The notes below the pieces were generated by a model. That model did not search any database. It was not told the origin of the DNA and saw only the letters and a list, made by a program, of their open reading frames with translations. A stretch of 63,989 nt of DNA, the filler included, from Dimargaris cristalligena (Eukaryota): NCBI GenBank assembly GCA_003614675.1. It is 5 parts of 5 records of this genome, joined end to end, with 100 filler letters (N's around TTAATTAATTAA, not from the genome) between each part and the next. Parts side by side here need not be neighbours in the genome. Positions count along the whole stretch, not along the records: positions 53,585 to 63,989 come from ML003186.1; 4 more parts are not named here. One strand, given 5' to 3'. Below, in pieces: positions 60,147 to 63,989 of the stretch. The position numbers and the translations under genes are program-made. Numbering within the stretch: the stretch's first letter is position 1; every line of letters starts with the position of its first letter.

Positions 60147-63100
60147 ATACTAAAAGTCCACTCTCCTTCTCCCCTTCGCTCCCCCCCCCCCCCCCGCATC
60201 GCCCGGTTCTGTGTGGCCCACTGCACAAGTCAGCCCTACTCCCGTTGTTTTGCCCCCCGGTTCCCTTTTTGCCCGTCTTTTTTTTTCTTCCCTCTTCCAA
60301 TCTGTTTTTCGATTTTCTTTACATCCCCTTATTAAAATCATTGTAATCACCCTGTCATTGGTGTACCCGTTTCTCCGACCCTTTAGCTGTAATGGAGGTG
60401 CTAATATCCTCGGGGTATCCCCTATCCTAGGGCGTAGTTGCCCCAACGAACATCATGATAACTTACGAGGCCGGGGTCGGATAAATTCCCTTAAATTTTC
60501 GGACCGTTATTCCCATAAAGTATACCGACTTTTGCTCTGGTAGATTGAAACCCAGTTATCGTTGGCCACAGTAATTGAGCTTTCGGTGCATCGGCACTTA
60601 AGTGCTTATAGTTATTTCATGTTTTTGTCTAGTTGTATATGTAGAGAGCGGGTTTAATAAAGTCAATCGGACGCTGGTTTTTTGACTGTGGGAACATTAA
60701 TAGTAAACGAAGTAAGAGTGGTGCAAAGGGTCTACCATAAGCGCAAAATCTTGGTGCGGTTTTTGAAGGGTCTCTACAGCAGGACCTCATCGGCGAAAGT
60801 GGGAGGTTCTCCAAATGCTATGGCGGCTGAGTGGTAGGCTGCCTGGTCAATGTCAGTTGGATACCTGGTTCGTTGCCCAGCCGAAAATCTGTGGTAGCTA
60901 GACAAAGTGGCCTGGTTGTCAAGACGTAGATATCTGGTGGTGGCACTTCCTATCATGCCATGTTCCCTTTTACCAACCCTGCGGCATCATTGTAAGAGTA
61001 GTTTGTACGATGCTACATTAATTAGCCACCTTCATACTAACTGGGGGGGGCATCTAAGATGCTATTGGGGTAAGCTAGATACGAAATGAGCTAAAGAATG
61101 AACAGGTTGCAACCTAAAGGTATTATTACATAGAGAGACAACATGCCAAGGCCTGCCTTAAATCAGACCTAGTAACGAAAAATATTATTTAAGAAATTCA
61201 ATTAGAGACTCCTACCTTATGTATTGCGACACAGTGCAGGATTGGGTAAGGTTATTTATTTTGCTAGTTTTTTTTTTGGTTTTAGTCATTTCATAAAATA
61301 TGTATATTGTTGACAAGGGCGTTGCCATTAGCCCCAACGAATGAGCCTGCCGTCACTCCTGAAATTGTGGGTAGAGAGAGTCCTCCACCTAAACGAGACC
61401 AGTTATGATAGCCAAGACTGTCATTAATGAAGGACCTTTGCCGGTGATCGCGTGGACACCTCCATATTGACTTACCATAGCTCCGCAATCGGGTACTTTT
61501 AATCACATTGTTTTTGTTAGCAAAAAAAAAACGAAGGTGTATAATCTAGAGCGTAATCCAGAGCCAACGCCCAAGGCCGAATACGACACTCGGAAATGCT
61601 AATATTTATCACTCCCGAGTATTCTCAAGTCGTATATATATATATATATATATAGATACTCTATTTTCGAACAATAATATTTTAAAGTGGTCGTATGTTA
61701 TAAATAAACGAAAGGGGATCATCGAGAGCAAAGATGAAAATAACCACGATCGCCTGAGCATGTAACTATTGATTCAACCTTACAAAATTATTACTTGTTT
61801 TTATTAGTATAATTCGTTCTTCTCGTCTATGTCTGGTCTCTCCGCTCAGGCCCAGTTCTCCTACACCCGGTGGGACCACGCGCAATCCCCCCGAGTCTTG
61901 ACCTTGCATATGTATTGATGTTAATATTTCGAAATGGCGCAAAGAAGGGAAGCCAAACTTTACCGTAGAGGTACATGTATGTATTGCCAATGTAAGTGGG
62001 TTTATTGATTGATCCGAAACATTCCTCTCCCATGTCATATATTATATTAGGCAGCCAGGCCGAGTTCATTCCTCTATAAGGACGTCAAAGTGGCAACCAT
62101 TAGAACTACCATCCAAATCCCCCAGACAGTCTAGTCTGCTATCAGTTTCAAAACACTGTCATCCCACCAAACCGGCCTGTGGATGGGAACGACGAAGCGC
62201 ATCATATAACAGCCCATCTCATTAGATAGTCCATAGCCTTGACCTCCGAGTGCCCATGCTTCTTTCATTTTGGGCAAAGTTGTGCCATTGCCAGCGCGTC
62301 TTACGCGCACGTCAGACTTATGTTTTCTTTGGGTTAGCACTTGGCACTTTTCTAATCGGAAACATTCATCAGTAACACTTATCAAGAGTCCGCGTGCTTA
62401 TTTCCGCGCACTGTTTGCACAAGGTAGTACATATGGGAGAATTCCTACTAATCAACGAGCGAACAGATTGGGTGTCTTCCAAACTTACTTATGGGGATTT
62501 AATGGCCAAGTGTCGATATGCGGCCATTCTTATTGCCAGCAACTTACATTCAACTGCTTCCCAATACAACTTTTCCCTCAACACGGCCCGATAGTTCTTC
62601 GTGTGATTAACTTTAATCCGTTCCCCAACATGAACCAGATCGGTTTCGATGAAGTGGCATCTCTGCCATATAACCGCCACTCTAATAAATACAGCATAGG
62701 GTAAATTTACGTTAAATATATATATACACAATAATTGTAAACCCGAGGGTTTTTTTTGTTTGTTTTAGATGCACCATTATTGACTATTAGTCCCGAATTA
62801 TAAAACCTGGGGTGCAGGTGGTAACTGCGACACATCCCGCCCCCCACTGAGCTATGCCTTAGTATTGGTAGTATTTTTTCGTTCAATGCCAGGAATTTGA
62901 GAGTACTGGTGGGATGCCGCCTCTTTTTGATTTTCATTAGGAACCTGGTATACAAATATAGCTTTGTAGGCCGTGGGGGTACAGGGTGAGATGTGAGAAC
63001 TCAGGCGAACAGGTACAAAAGGGGCATTAGGGTAGCCTACCACCAGCGGGCGGTTTAGTAGGACGAACCTGGAACCCTGAAGATAATGCTTAAATAGCAG

Positions 63101-63989
63101 ATTCGTTAAATAAGGGTACTTAATTGCGTGGTTATAGTCACATGCATAATGTATAAGGGATGCCTCGTATTCATTAATGGACCTGTGTATGGAATTGTAA
63201 CTAGTGATATTTATAGGAGAACGTTAGTATTATATCAGCAGCAGGAATAGCTCAATTGCAAGTCTGGTCGCAATTGTCATTGACCAAAGAGTTGACAGGT
63301 GAAAATTTGGTCCGGGGCTCGTTATCCTTACTGTGACTAGATCATATAACGTCAATCATGGGCTAGATACTAAATTAGAATTGCAGAATATGGTAGCCGG
63401 AGACTTTAAGCAAACATGCCCCAAACCGGATCAAGGGCATGCAGCCTGGCGAAGAATTGTCTAGGGTTGGAACATATGTGTTAAATCTGCTAACCGGAGG
63501 TTCTGGAAGGCATACACAGCTCAATCACCCATCTTTCTAGATAAATAGAAATGTGCAAAATGATGTGTGTGTTGGTGGGTGGGGGACACTGGACCCTACC
63601 ACATTCCTATCAGATGCAGACAAAGTGAGCAAACCCAATTTGAGTATCACCCATTTTTTTTGGGGGTAGTTCTTATACCACCTTACTTGTCTAATACACC
63701 GTGCAGATAGTAATACCCAGTAAAAAACAACTATTGATTATGGCGTACTATTGTGGTGCTGCAGAGTGCAGGTAACTGGAAGTATATTTAATTACCTGAT
63801 TCCTTTACTAATTAGAACCCATTTATCAATGTTGTTGTGGTTGCAATTAATGCCACAAGGTAATATAGCCCGATAACCTTATCAGGGCCAACTGGAGCAG
63901 CCTCAGTTTAGTGGGAAAAACTAACTAGCTAAGTGAAACACGCACTTCGGCGGGGACAATTCTTATCTGATCTTCAGATAGGGACAACT

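Overview
This is eukaryotic (fungal) genomic DNA and not one locus. It consists of five unrelated contigs joined by 100-nt N44-TTAATTAATTAA-N44 spacers (13322-13421, 26731-26830, 40122-40221, 53485-53584). The first four are ~13.3 kb and in descending length order; the fifth runs off the window end. GT-AG introns of ~150-320 nt and the gene set point to a fungus, possibly an early-diverging lineage (inference only). Recognisable genes: the 3' part of a kinesin-3 (UNC-104/KIF1), an S9A oligopeptidase-B-like protein with degenerate catalytic motifs, a bZIP factor with a post-zipper transmembrane segment, pyruvate carboxylase, LMW protein-tyrosine phosphatase, ketopantoate hydroxymethyltransferase, NPR2, a RUD3-like GRAB golgin, an F-box/LRR protein, a truncated group III HAMP-repeat histidine kinase, a truncated TFIIIC B-block subunit carrying a PHD-like finger, and eIF2-gamma. 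I found no multi-gene novel system, CRISPR array, rRNA or tRNA. The best leads are single-gene architectures (membrane-tethered bZIP, PHD in TFIIIC, pseudo-peptidase), a 12-mer repeated three times in a gene-free region, a CpG-depleted decayed segment, and a candidate micro-protein.
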